From the human T2T-CHM13v2.0 reference genome, Homo sapiens: DNA of 64,000 nt. The notes under the pieces are model-generated. The model was given only the letters and a program-made list of their open reading frames with translations, did not search any database and was not told the DNA's origin. The stretch lies in assembly GCF_009914755.1 (NCBI RefSeq), contig NC_060947.1; one strand, given 5' to 3'. Within the stretch, counting starts at the first letter, position 1. Each line of letters begins with the position of its first letter. The position numbers and the translations under genes are program-made. Positions 34,872-47,400 of this stretch are shown one piece after another.

Positions 34872-37800
34872 TCCTCAGAGAGGTCCAAATATCCCCTTGC
34901 AGATTCTACAAAACGTGTGTTTGGAAACTGCTCCATCATAACGAATGTTCAGCTCCCTGAGTTAAACTCCATCGTCACAAAGAATTTTCTGAGAGTGCTA
35001 CCGTCTGGTTTTTATATGAAGTTCTTTCCTTTACTACCACAGGCCTCAAAGCGGTCCAAATCTCCACGTGCAGATTCTACAAAAAGAGTGTCTGCAAACT
35101 GCTCTATCAAAAGGAATGTTCAACTCTGGGAATTGAATGCAATCATCACAGAGCAGTTTCTGAGAATGCTTCTATGTCGTTTTTAGGAGAAGATATTTCC
35201 TTTTCCAACACAGTCCTCCAAGCCCGCTAAATATCCACTTGCACATTGTTGAAAAAGTGTGTCGAAGCTGCGCTATCAAAGGGAAAGTTCAACTCTGTGA
35301 GGTGAATGCAAACATCCCAAAGAAGTTTCTGAGAATGCTTCCGTTTAGCTTTTAGGTGAAGATTATCCCGTTTCCAACGAAACCTTCAAAGAGGTCCAAA
35401 TATCCCCTTGCGGATCCCACAGAAAGAGTGTTTCGAAACTGCTGTTTCAAAAGGAATCTTCAACTCTGTGAGTTAAATGCAATCATCACAAAGAAGTTTC
35501 TGACAATGCTTCTCTCTCGTCTTTCTGTGAAGATAAAGGAAAAGGCTTTCAGGCCTTTGCCACCACAGGCCTGAAAGCGCTCCAAATGTCCACTTGCAGA
35601 TTCTGCCAAAAGAATATTTCAAAACTGCTCTATGAAAAGCAATGTTAAACTCTGTGGCTCGAACACAAACATCACAAAGCGGTCTCTGAGAATGCTTCAG
35701 TTTAGTTTTTCTGTGGAAATATTCCCGTTTCCAAAGAAATCTTCAAAGAGGTCCACGTATCCACTTACAGATTCTACAAAAAGACAGTTTCAAAACTGCT
35801 CAATCAAAAGGAGGGTTCAACTGTGTGACTTGAATGCAATCATCACTCAGAAGTTTCTGAGAATGCTTCTCTTTAGTTTTTACGTGAACATATACCCGTT
35901 TCGAACGAAGGCCAGCCAGTGGTCCAAATATCCACTTGCAGATTCTACAGAAAGAGTGTTTCGAACCTGAACTCTCAAAGGCAGGTTCATCTCTGCGAGT
36001 TAAATGCATTCATCATGAAAAACTTTCTCAGAGTGTTTGTGTTTAGTTATGGGAAATTATTCCCGTTTCCAACGAAATCCTCAGAGAGCTCCAAATATCC
36101 ACCTGCAGATTCTACCAAAAGTGTATTTGGAAACTGCTCCATCAAAAGGCATGTTCAGCTCTGTGAGTGAAACTCCATCATCACAAAGAATATTCTGAGA
36201 ATGCTTCCGTTTGCCTTTTATATGAAGTTCCTTCCTATACTACCGTAGGCCTCAAAGCAGTCCAAATCTCCATTTGCAGATTCTACAAAAAGAGTGATTC
36301 CAATCTGCTCTATCAATAGGATTGTTCAACTCCATGAGTTGAATGCCATCCTCACAAAGTCGTTTCTGAGAATGCTTCTATCTAGTTTTTATGTGAAGAT
36401 ATTTCCTTTTCCACCACAGGCCTAAAAGCCCTCCAAACGTCCACTTGCAGATTCTCGAAAAAGAGTGTTTCATAGCTGCTCTTTCCAAAGGAAAGTTCAA
36501 CTCTGGGAGTTGAATACAAACATCACAAAGTAGTTTCCGAGAATGCTTCTGTTTAGTTTTTATGTGAAGATGATCCCGTTTCCAGTGAAATCTTCAAAGA
36601 GGTCCACATATCCCCTTGCAGATTCCAAAGAAAGAGGGTTTCAAAACTGCTCCATCAGAAGGATTGTTCAACTCTGTGAGTTGAATGCAGTCATCGCAGA
36701 AAACTTTCTGAGAATGCTTCTGTCTAGGTTTGATGTGAAGATATAGACGTTTCAAACGAAGGCTACAAAGTGGTCAAAATATACACTTGCAGATTCTACT
36801 ACAAGGGTGTTGCAAACCTGAACTATCAAAGGAAGGTTCAACTCTGTGAGTTGAATACAAACATCACAAAGAATGTTCTGAGTTTGCTTCCGTTCAGTTA
36901 TGGGAAGTTGATCCCGTTTCCAACGAAATCCTCAGAGAGGTCCAAATATCCCCTCGCAGATTCTACAAAACGTGTGTTTGGAAACTGCTCCATCATAACG
37001 AATGTTCAGCTCCCTGAGTTAAACTCCATCGTCACAAACAATTTTCTGAGAGTGCTACCGTCTGGTTTTTATATGAAGTTCTTTCCTTCACTACCACAGG
37101 CCTCAAAGCGGTCCAAATCTCCACTTGCAGATTCTACAAAAAGAGTGTTTGCAAACTGCTCTATCAAAAGGAATGTTCAACTCTGGGAGTTGAATGCAAT
37201 CATCACAGAGCAGTTTCTGAGAATGCTTCTATGTCGTTTTTAGGAGAAGATATTTCCTTTTCCAACACAGTCCCCCAAGCCCGCTAAATAGCCACTTGCA
37301 CATTGTAGAAAAAGTGTGTCAAAGCTGCGCTATCAAAGGGAAAGTTCAACTCTGTGAGGTGAATGCAAACATCCCAAAGAAGTTTCTGAGAATGCTTCCG
37401 TTTAGCTTTTAGGTGAAGATTATCCCGTTTCCAACGAAACCTTCAAAGAGGTCCAAATATCCCCTTGCGGATCCCACAGAAAGAGTGTTTCGAAACTGCT
37501 GTTTCAAAAGGAATCTTCAACTCTGTGAGTTGAATGCAATCATCACAAAGAAGTTTCTGACAATGCTTCTCTCTCGTCTTTCTGTGAAGATAAAGGAAAA
37601 GGCTTTCAGGCCTTTTCCACCACAGGCCTGAAAGCGCTCCAAATGTCCACTTGCAGATTCTGCCAAAAGAATATTTCAAAACTGCTCTATGAAAAGCAAT
37701 GTTAAACTCTGTGGCTCGAACACAAACATCACAAAGCAGTTTCTGAGAATGCTTCAGTTTAGTTTTTCTGTGGAAATATTCCCGTTTCCAAAGAAATCTT

Positions 37801-40800
37801 CAAAGAGGTCCACGTATCCACTTACAGATTCTACAAAAAGACAGTTTCAAAACTGCTCCATCAAAAGGAGGGTTCAACTGTGTGACTTGAATGCAATCAT
37901 CACTCAGAAGTTTCTGAGAATGCTTCTCTTTAGTTTTTACGTGAACATATACCCGTTTCGAACGAAGGCCAGCCAGTGGTCCAAATATCCACTTGCAGAT
38001 TCTACAGAAAGAGTGTTTCGAACCTGAACTCTCAAAGGCAGGTTCATCTCTGCGAGTTAAATGCATTCATCATGAAGAACTTTCTCAGCGTGTTTGTGTT
38101 TAGTTATGGGAAATTATTCCCGTTTCCAACGAAATCCTCAGAGAGCTCCAAATATCCACCTGCAGATTCTACCAAAAGTGTATTTGGAAACTGCTCCATC
38201 AAAAGGCATGTTCAGCTCTGTGAGTGAAACTCCATCATCACAAAGAATATTCTGAGAATGCTTCCGTTTGCCTTTTATATGAACTTCCTTCCTGTACCAC
38301 CGTAGGCCTCAAAGCAGTCCAAATCTCCATTTGCAGATTCTACAAAAAGAGTGATTCCAATCTGCTCTATCAATAGGATTGTTCAACTCCATGAGTTGAA
38401 TGCCATCCTCACAAAGTCGTTGCTGAGAATGCTTCTATCTGGTTTTTGTGTGAAGATATTTCCTTTTCCACCACAGGCCTCAAAGCCCTCCAAACGTCCA
38501 CTTTCAGATTCTCGAAAAAGAGTGTTTCATAGCTGCTCTTTCAAAAGGAAAGTTCAACTCTGGGAGTTGAATACAAACATCACAAAGTAGTTTCCGAGAA
38601 TGCTTCTGTTTAGTTTTTATGTGAAGATGATCCCGTTTCCAGTGAAATCTTCCAAGAGGTCCACATATCCCCTTGCAGATTCCAAAGAAAGAGGGTTTCA
38701 AAACTGCTCCATCAGAAGGATTGTTCAACTCTGTGAGTTGAATGCAGTCATCGCAGAAAACTTTCTGAGAATGCTTCTGTCTAGGTTTGATGTGAAGATA
38801 TAGACGTTTCAAACGAAGGCTACAAAGTGGTCAAAATATACACTTGCAGATTCTACTACAAGGGTGTTGCAAACCTGAACTATCAAAGGAAGGTTCAACT
38901 CTGTGAGTTGAATACAAACATCACAAAGAATGTTCTGAGTTTGCTTCCGTTCAGTTATGGGAAGTTGATCCCGTTTCCAACGAAATCCTCAGAGAGGTCC
39001 AAATATCCCCTTGCAGATTCTACAAAACGTGTGTTTGGAAACTGCTCCATCATAACGAATGTTCAGCTCCCTGAGTTAAACTCCATCGTCACAAAGAATT
39101 TTCTGAGAGTGCTACCGTCTGGTTTTTATATGAAGCTCTTTCCTTCACTACCACAGGCCTCAAAGCGGTCCAAATCTCCACTTGCAGATTCTACAAAAAG
39201 AGTGTTTGCAAACTGCTCTATCAAAAGGAATGTTCAACTCTGGGAGTTGAATGCAATCATCACAGAGCAGTTTCTGAGAATGCTTCTATGTCGTTTTTAG
39301 GAGAAGATATTTCCTTTTCCAACACAGTCCCCCAAGCCCGCTAAATAGCCACTTGCACATTGTAGAAAAAGTGTGTCAAAGCTGCGCTATCAAAGGGAAA
39401 GTTCAACTCTGTGAGGTGAATGCAAACATCCCAAAGAAGTTTCTGAGAATGCTTCCGTTTAGCTTTTAGGTGAAGATTATCCCGTTTCCAACGAAACCTT
39501 CAAAGAGGTCCAAATATCCCCTTGCGGATCCCACAGAAAGAGTGTTTCGAAACTGCTGTTTCAAAAGGAATCTTCAACTCTGTGAGTTGAATGCAATCAT
39601 CACAAAGAAGTTTCTGACAATGCTTCTCTCTCGTCTTTCTGTGAAGATAAAGGAAAAGGCTTTCAGGCCTTTTCCACCACAGGCCTGAAAGCGCTCCAAA
39701 TGTCCACTTGCAGATTCTGCCAAAAGAATATTTCAAAACTGCTGTATGAAAAGCAATGTTAAACTCTGTGGCTCGAACACAAACATCACAAAGCAGTTTC
39801 TGAGAATGCTTCAGTTTAGTTTTTCTGTGGAAATATTCCCGTTTCCAAAGAAATCTTCAAAGAGGTCCACGTATCCACTTACAGATTCTACAAAAAGACA
39901 GTTTCAAAACTGCTCCATCAAAAGGAGGGTTCAACTGTGTGACTTGAATGCAATCATCACTCAGAAGTTTCTGAGAATGCTTCTCTTTAGTTTTTACGTG
40001 AACATATACCCGTTTCGAACGAAGGCCACCCAGTGGTCCAAATATCCACTTGCAGATTCTACAGAAAGAGTGTTTCGAACATGAACTCTCAAAGGCAGGT
40101 TCATCTCTGCGAGTTAAATGCATTCATCATGAAGAACTTTCTCAGAGTGTTTGTGTTTAGTTATGGGAAATTATTCCTGTTTCCAACGAAATCCTCAGAG
40201 AGCTCCAAATATCCACCTGCAGATTCTACCAAAAGTGTATTTGGAAACTGCTCCATCAAAAGGCATGTTCAGCTCTGTGAGTGAAACTCCATCATCACAA
40301 AGAATATTCTGAGAATGCTTCCGTTTGCCTTTTATATGAAGTTCCTTCCTGTACTACCGTAGGCCTCAAAGCAGTCCAAATCTCCATTTGCAGATTCTAC
40401 AAAAAGAGTGATTCCAATCTGCTCTATCAATAGGATTGTTCAACTCCATGAGTTGAATGCCATCCTCACAAAGTCGTTTCTGAGAATGCTTCTATCTGGT
40501 TTTTGTGTGAAGATATTTCCTTTTCCACCACAGGCCTCAAAGCCCTCCAAACGTCCACTTTCAGATTCTCGAAAAAGAGTGTTTCATAGCTGCTCTTTCA
40601 AAAGGAAAGTTCAACTCTGGGAGTTGAATACAAACATCACAAAGTAGTTTCCGAGAATGCTTCTGTTTAGTTTTTATGTGAAGATGATCCCGTTTCCAGT
40701 GAAATCTTCCAAGAGGTCCACATATCCCCTTGCAGATTCCAAAGAAAGAGGGTTTCAAAACTGCTCCATCAGAAGGATTGTTCAACTCTGTGAGTTGAAT

Positions 40801-41582
40801 GCAGTCATCGCAGAAAACTTTCTGAGAATGCTTCTGTCTATGTTTGATGTGAAGATATAGACGTTTCAAACGAAGGCTACAAAGTGGTCAAAATATACAC
40901 TTGCAGATTCTACTACAAGGGTGTTGCAAACCTGAACTATCAAAGGAAGGTTCAACTCTGTGAGTTGAATACAAACATCACAAAGAATGTTCTGAGTTTG
41001 CTTCCGTTCAGTTATGGGAAGTTGATCCCGTTCCCAACGAAATCCTCAGAGAGGTCCAAATATCCCCTTGCAGATTCTACAAAACGTGTGTTTGGAAACT
41101 GCTCCATCATAACGAATGTTCAGCTCCCTGAGTTAAACTCCATCGTCACAAAGAATTTTCTGAGAGTGCTACCGTCTGGTTTTTATATGAAGCTCTTCCC
41201 TTCACTACCACAGGCCTCAAAGCGGTCCAAATCTCCACTTGAAGATTCTACAAAAAGAGTGTTTGCAAACTGCTCTATCAAAAGGAATGTTCAACTCTGG
41301 GAGTTGAATGCAATCATCACAGAGCAGTTTCTGAGAATGCTTCTATGTCGTTTTTAGGAGAAGATATTTCCTTTTCCAACACAGTACCCCAAGCCCGCTA
41401 AATAGCCACTTGCACATTATAGAAAAAGTGTGTCAAAGCTGCGCTATCAAAGGGAAAGTTCAACTCTGTGAGGTGAATGCAAACATCCCAAAGAAGTTTC
41501 TGAGAATGCTTCCGTTTAGCTTTTAGGTGAAGATTATCCCGTTTCCAACGAAACCTTCAAAGAGGTCCAAATATCCCCTTGC

Positions 41583-44490
41583 GGATCCCACAGAAAGAGT
41601 GTTTCGAAACTGCTGTTTCAAAAGGAATCTTCAACTCTGTGAGTTGAATGCAATCATCACAAAGAAGTTTCTGACAATGCTTCTCTCTCGTCTTTCTGTG
41701 AAGATAAAGGAAAAGGCTTTCAGGCCTTTTCCACCACAGTCCTGAAAGCGCTCCAAATGTCCACTTGCAGATTCTGCGAAAAGAATATTTCAAAACTGCT
41801 CTATGAAAAGCAATGTTAAACTCTGTGGCTCGAACACAAACATCACAAAGCGGTTTCTGAGAATGCTTCAGTTTAGTTTTTCTGTGGAAATATTCCCGTT
41901 TCCAAAGAAATCTTCAAAGAGGTCCACGTATCCACTTACAGATTCTACAAAAAGACAGTTTCAAAACTGCTCCATCAAAAGGAGGGTTCAACTGTGTGAC
42001 TTGAATGCAATCATCACTCAGAAGTTTCTGAGAATGCTTCTCTTTAGTTTTTACGTGAACATATACCCGTTTCGAACGAAGGCCACCCAGTGGTCCAAAT
42101 ATCCACTTGCAGATTCTACAGAAAGAGTGTTTCGAACCTGAACTCTCAAAGGCAGGTTCATCTCTGCGAGTTAAATGCATTCATCATGAAGAACTTTCTC
42201 AGAGTGTTTGTGTTTAGTTATGGGAAATTATTCCCGTTTCCAACGAAATCCTCAGAGAGCTCCAAATATCCACCTGCAGATTCTACCAAAAGTGTATTTG
42301 GAAACTGCTCCATCAACAGGCATGTTCAGCTCTGTGAGTGAAACTCCATCATCACAAAGAATATTCTGAGAATGCTTCCGTTTGCCTTTTATATGAAGTT
42401 CCTTCCTATACTACCGTAGGCCTCAAAGCAGTCCAAATCTCCATTTGCAGATTCTACAAAAAGAGTGATTCCAATCTGCTCTATCAATAGGATTGTTCAA
42501 CTCCATGAGTTGAATGCCATCCTCACAATGTCGTTTCTGAGAATGCTTCTATCTAGTTTTTATGTGAAGATATTTCCTTTTCCACCACAGGCCTCAAAGC
42601 CCTCCAAACGTCCACTTGCAGATTCTCGAAAAAGAGTGTTTCATAGCTGCTCTTTCAAAAGGAAAGTTCAACTCAGGGAGTTGAATACAAACATCACAAA
42701 GTAGTTTCCGAGAATGCTTCTGTTTAGTTTTTATGTGAAGATGATCCCGTTTCCAGTGAAATCTTCAAAGAGGTCCACATATCCCCTTGCAGATTCCAAA
42801 GAAAGAGGGTTTCAAAACTGCTCCATCAGAAGGATTGTTCAACTCTGTGAGTTGAATGCAGTCATCGCAGAAAACTTTCTGAGAATGCTTCTGTCTAGGT
42901 TTGATGTTAAGATATAGACGTTTCAAACGAAGGCTACAAAGTGGTCAAAATATACACTTGCAGATTCTACTACAAGGGTGTTACAAACCTGAACTATCAA
43001 AGGAAGGTTCAACTCTGTGAGTTGAATACAAACATCACAAAGAATGTTCTGAGTTTGCTTCCGTTCAGTTATGGGAATTTGATCCCGTTTCCAACGAAAT
43101 CCCCAGAGAGGTCTAAATATCCCCTTGCAGATTCTACAAAACGTGTGTTTGGAAACTGCTCCATCATAACGAATGTTCAGCTCCCTGAGTTAAACTCCAT
43201 CGTCACAAAGAATTTTCTGAGAGTGCTACCGTCTGGTTTTTATATGAAGTTCTTTCCTTCACTACCACAGGCCTCAAAGCGGTCCAAATCTCCACTTGCA
43301 GATTCTACAAAAAGAGTGATTCCAATCTGCTCTATCAATAGGATTGTTCAACTCCATGGGTTGAATGCCATCCTCACAAATTAGTTTCTGAGAATGCTTC
43401 TATCTGGTTTTTGTGTGAAGATATTTCCTTTTCCACCACAGGCCTCAAAGCCCTCCAAACGTCCACTTGCAGATTCTCGAAAAAGAGTGTTTCATAGCTG
43501 CTCTTTCAAAAGGAAAGTTCAACTCTGGGAGTTGAATACAAACATCACAAAATAGTTTCTGAGAATGCTTCTGTTTAGTTTTTATATGAAGATGATCCCG
43601 TTTCCAGTGAAATCTTCAAAGAGGTCCACATATCCCCTTGCAGATTCCAAAGAAAGAGGGTTTCAAAACTGCTCCATCAGAAGGATTGTTCAACTCTGTG
43701 AGTTGAATGCAGTCATCGCAGAAAACTTTCTGAGAATGCTTCTGTCTAGGTTTGATGTGAAGATATAGACGTTTCAAACGAAGGCTACAAAGTGGTCAAA
43801 ATATACACTTGCAGATTCTACTACAAGGGTGTTGCAAACCTGAACTATCAAAGGAAGGTTCAGCTCTGTGAGTTGAATACAAACATCACAAAGAATGTTC
43901 TGAGTTTGCTTCCGTTCAGTTATGGGAAGTTGATCCCGTTTCCAACGAAATCCTCAGAGAGGTCCAAATATCCCCTCGCAGATTCTACAAAACGTGTGTT
44001 TGGAAACTGCTCCATCATAACGAATGTTCAGCTCCCTGAGTTAAACTCCATCGTCACAAAGAATTTTCTGAGAGTGCTACCGTCTGGTTTTTATATGAAG
44101 TTCTTTCCTTCACTACCACAGGCCTCAAAGCGGTCCAAATCTCCACTTGCAGATTCTACAAAAAGAGTGTTTGCAAACTGCTCTATCAAAAGGAATGTTC
44201 AACTCTGGGAGTTGAATGCAATCATCACAGAGCAGTTTCTGAGAATGCTTCTATGTCGTTTTTAGGAGAAGATATTTCCTTTTCCAACACAGTCCTCCAA
44301 GCCCGCTAAATAGCCACTTGCACATTGTAGAAAAAGTGTGTCAAAGCTGCGCTATCAAAGGGAAAGTTCAACTCTGTGAGGTGAATGCAAACATCCCAAA
44401 GAAGTTTCTGAGAATGCTTCCGTTTAGCTTTTAGGTGAAGATTATCCCGTTTCCAACGAAACCTTCAAAGAGGTCCAAATATCCCCTTGC
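41583..44490 (-). repeat. Variant 17-mer HOR (2,908 bp = 2,057 + 851) with a hybrid monomer, copy 1
   Basis: The BamHI interval runs 41583 to 44491. At 43296-43318 the ...AAAGCGGTCCAAATCTCCAC monomer continues as ...GAGTGATTCCAATC, the tail of its paralog five monomers upstream. Confidence 0.94.
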
Positions 44491-47400
44491 GGATCCCACA
44501 GAAAGAGTGTTTCGAAACTGCTGTTTCAAAAGGAATCTTCAACTCTGTGAGTTGAATGCATTCATCACAAAGAAGTTTCTGACAATGCTTCTCTCTCGTC
44601 TTTCTGTGAAGATAAAGGAAAAGGCTTTCAGGCCTTTTCCACCACAGGCCTGAAAGCGCTCCAAATGTCCACTTGCAGATTCTGCCAAAAGAATATTTCA
44701 AAACTGCTCTATGAAAAGCAATGTTAAACTCTGTCGCTCGAACACAAACATCACAAAGCAGTTTCTGAGAATGCTTCAGTTTAGTTTTTCTGTGGAAATA
44801 TTCCCGTTTCCAAAGAAATCTTCAAAGAGGTCCACGTATCCACTTACAGATTCTACAAAAAGACAGTTTCAAAACTGCTCCATCAAAAGGAGGGTTCAAC
44901 TGTGTGACTTGAATGCAATCATCACTCAGAAGTTTCTGAGAATGCTTCTCTTTAGTTTTTACGTGAACATATACCCGTTTCGAACGAAGGCCACCCAGTG
45001 GTCCAAATATCCACTTGCAGATTCTACAGAAAGAGTGTTTCGAACCTGAACTCTCAAAGGCAGGTTCATCTCTGCGAGTTAAATGCATTCATCATGAAGA
45101 ACTTTCTCAGAGTGTTTGTGTTTAGTTATGGGAAATTATTCCCGTTTCCAACGAAATCCTCAGAGAGCTCCAAATATCCACCTGCAGATTCTACCAAAAG
45201 TGTATTTGGAAACTGCTCCATCAAAAGGCATGTTCAGCTCTGTGAGTGAAACTCCATCATCACAAAGAATATTCTGAGAATGCTTCCGTTTGCCTTTTAT
45301 ATGAACTTCCTTCCTGTACTACCGTAGGCCTCAAAGCAGTCCAAATCTCCATTTGCAGATTCTACAAAAAGAGTGATTCCAATCTTCTCTATCAATAGGA
45401 TTGTTCAACTCCATGAGTTGAATGCCATCCTCACAAAGTAGTTTCTGAGAATGCTTCTATCTGGTTTTTGTGTGAAGATATTTCCTTTTCCACCACAGGC
45501 CTCAAAGCCCTCCAAACGTCCACTTGCAGATTCTCGAAAAAGAGTGTTTCATAGCTGCTCTTTCAAAAGGAAAGTTCAACTCTGGGAGTTGAATACAAAC
45601 ATCACAAAGTAGTTTCCGAGAATGCTTCTGTTTAGTTTTTATGTGAAGATGATCCCGTTTCCAGTGAAATCTTCAAAGAGGTCCACATATCCCCTTGCAG
45701 ATTCCAAAGAAAGAGGGTTTCAAAACTGCTCCATCAGAAGGATTGTTCAACTCTGTGAGTTGAATGCAGTCATCGCAGAAAACTTTCTGAGAATGCTTCT
45801 GTCTAGGTTTGATGTGAAGATATAGACGTTTCAAACGAAGGCTACAAAGTGGTCAAAATATACACTTGCAGATTGTACTACAAGGGTGTTGCAAACCTGA
45901 ACTATCAAAGGAAGGTTCAGCTCTGTGAGTTGAATACAAACATCACAAAGAATGTTCTGAGTTTGCTTCCGTTCAGTTATGGGAAGTTGATCCCGTTTCC
46001 AACGAAATCCTCAGAGAGGTCCAAATATCCCCTCGCAGATTCTACAAAACGTGTGTTTGGAAACTGCTCCATCATAACGAATGTTCAGCTCCCTGAGTTA
46101 AACTCCATCGTCACAAAGAATTTTCTGAGAGTGCTACCGTCTGGTTTTTATATGAAGTTCTTTCCTTCACTACCACAGGCCTCAAAGCGGTCCAAATCTC
46201 CACTTGCAGATTCTACAAAAAGAGTGTTTGCAAACTGCTCTATCAAAAGGAATGTTCAACTCTGGGAGTTGAATGCAATCATCACAGAGCAGTTTCTGAG
46301 AATGCTTCTATGTCGTTTTTAGGAGAAGATATTTCCTTTTCCAACACAGTCCTCCAAGCCCGCTAAATAGCCACTTGCACATTGTAGAAAAAGTGTGTCA
46401 AAGCTGCGCTATCAAAGGGAAAGTTCAACTCTGTGAGGTGAATGCAAACATCCCAAAGAAGTTTCTGAGAATGCTTCCGTTTAGCTTTTAGGTGAAGATT
46501 ATCCCGTTTCCAACGAAACCTTCAAAGAGGTCCAAATATCCCCTTGCGGATCCCACAGAAAGAGTGTTTCGAAACTGCTGTTTCAAAAGGAATCTTCAAC
46601 TCTGTGAGTTGAATGCAATCATCACAAAGAAGTTTCTGACAATGCTTCTCTCTCGTCTTTCTGTGAAGATAAAGGAAAAGGCTTTCAGGTCTTTTCCACC
46701 ACAGGCCTGAAAGCGCTCCAAATGTCCACTTGCAGATTCTGCCAAAAGAATATTTCAAAACTGCTCTATGAAAAGCAATGTTAAACTCTGTCGCTCGAAC
46801 ACAAACATCACAAAGCAGTTTCTGAGAATGCTTCAGTTTAGTTTTTCTGTGGAAATATTCCCGTTTCCAAAGAAATCTTCAAAGAGGTCCACGTATCCAC
46901 TTACAGATTCTACAAAAAGACAGTTTCAAAACTGCTCCATCAAAAGGAGGGTTCAACTGTGTGACTTGAATGCAATCATCACTCAGAAGTTTCTGAGAAT
47001 GCTTCTCTTTAGTTTTTACGTGAACATATACCCGTTTCGAACGAAGGCCACCCAGTGGTCCAAATATCCACTTGCAGATTCTACAGAAAGAGTGTTTCCA
47101 ACCTGAACTCTCAAAGGCAGGTTCATCTCTGCGAGTTAAATGCATTCATCATGAAGAACTTTCTCAGAGTGTTTGTGTTTAGTTATGGGAAATTATTCCC
47201 TTTTCCAACGAAATCCTCAGAGAGCTCCAAATATCCACCTGCAGATTCTACCAAAAGTGTATTTGGAAACTGCTCCATCAAAAGGCATGTTCAGCTCTGT
47301 GAGTGAAACTCCATCATCACAAAGAATATTCTGAGAATGCTTCCATTTGCCTTTTATATGAACTTCCTTCCTGTACCACCTTAGGCCTCAAAGCAGTCCA

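Noticed and set aside
42941-43384. Chimeric 147-aa ORF (also at 52020..52463)
   Set aside because: It is a by-product of the hybrid monomer at the 17-mer junction.
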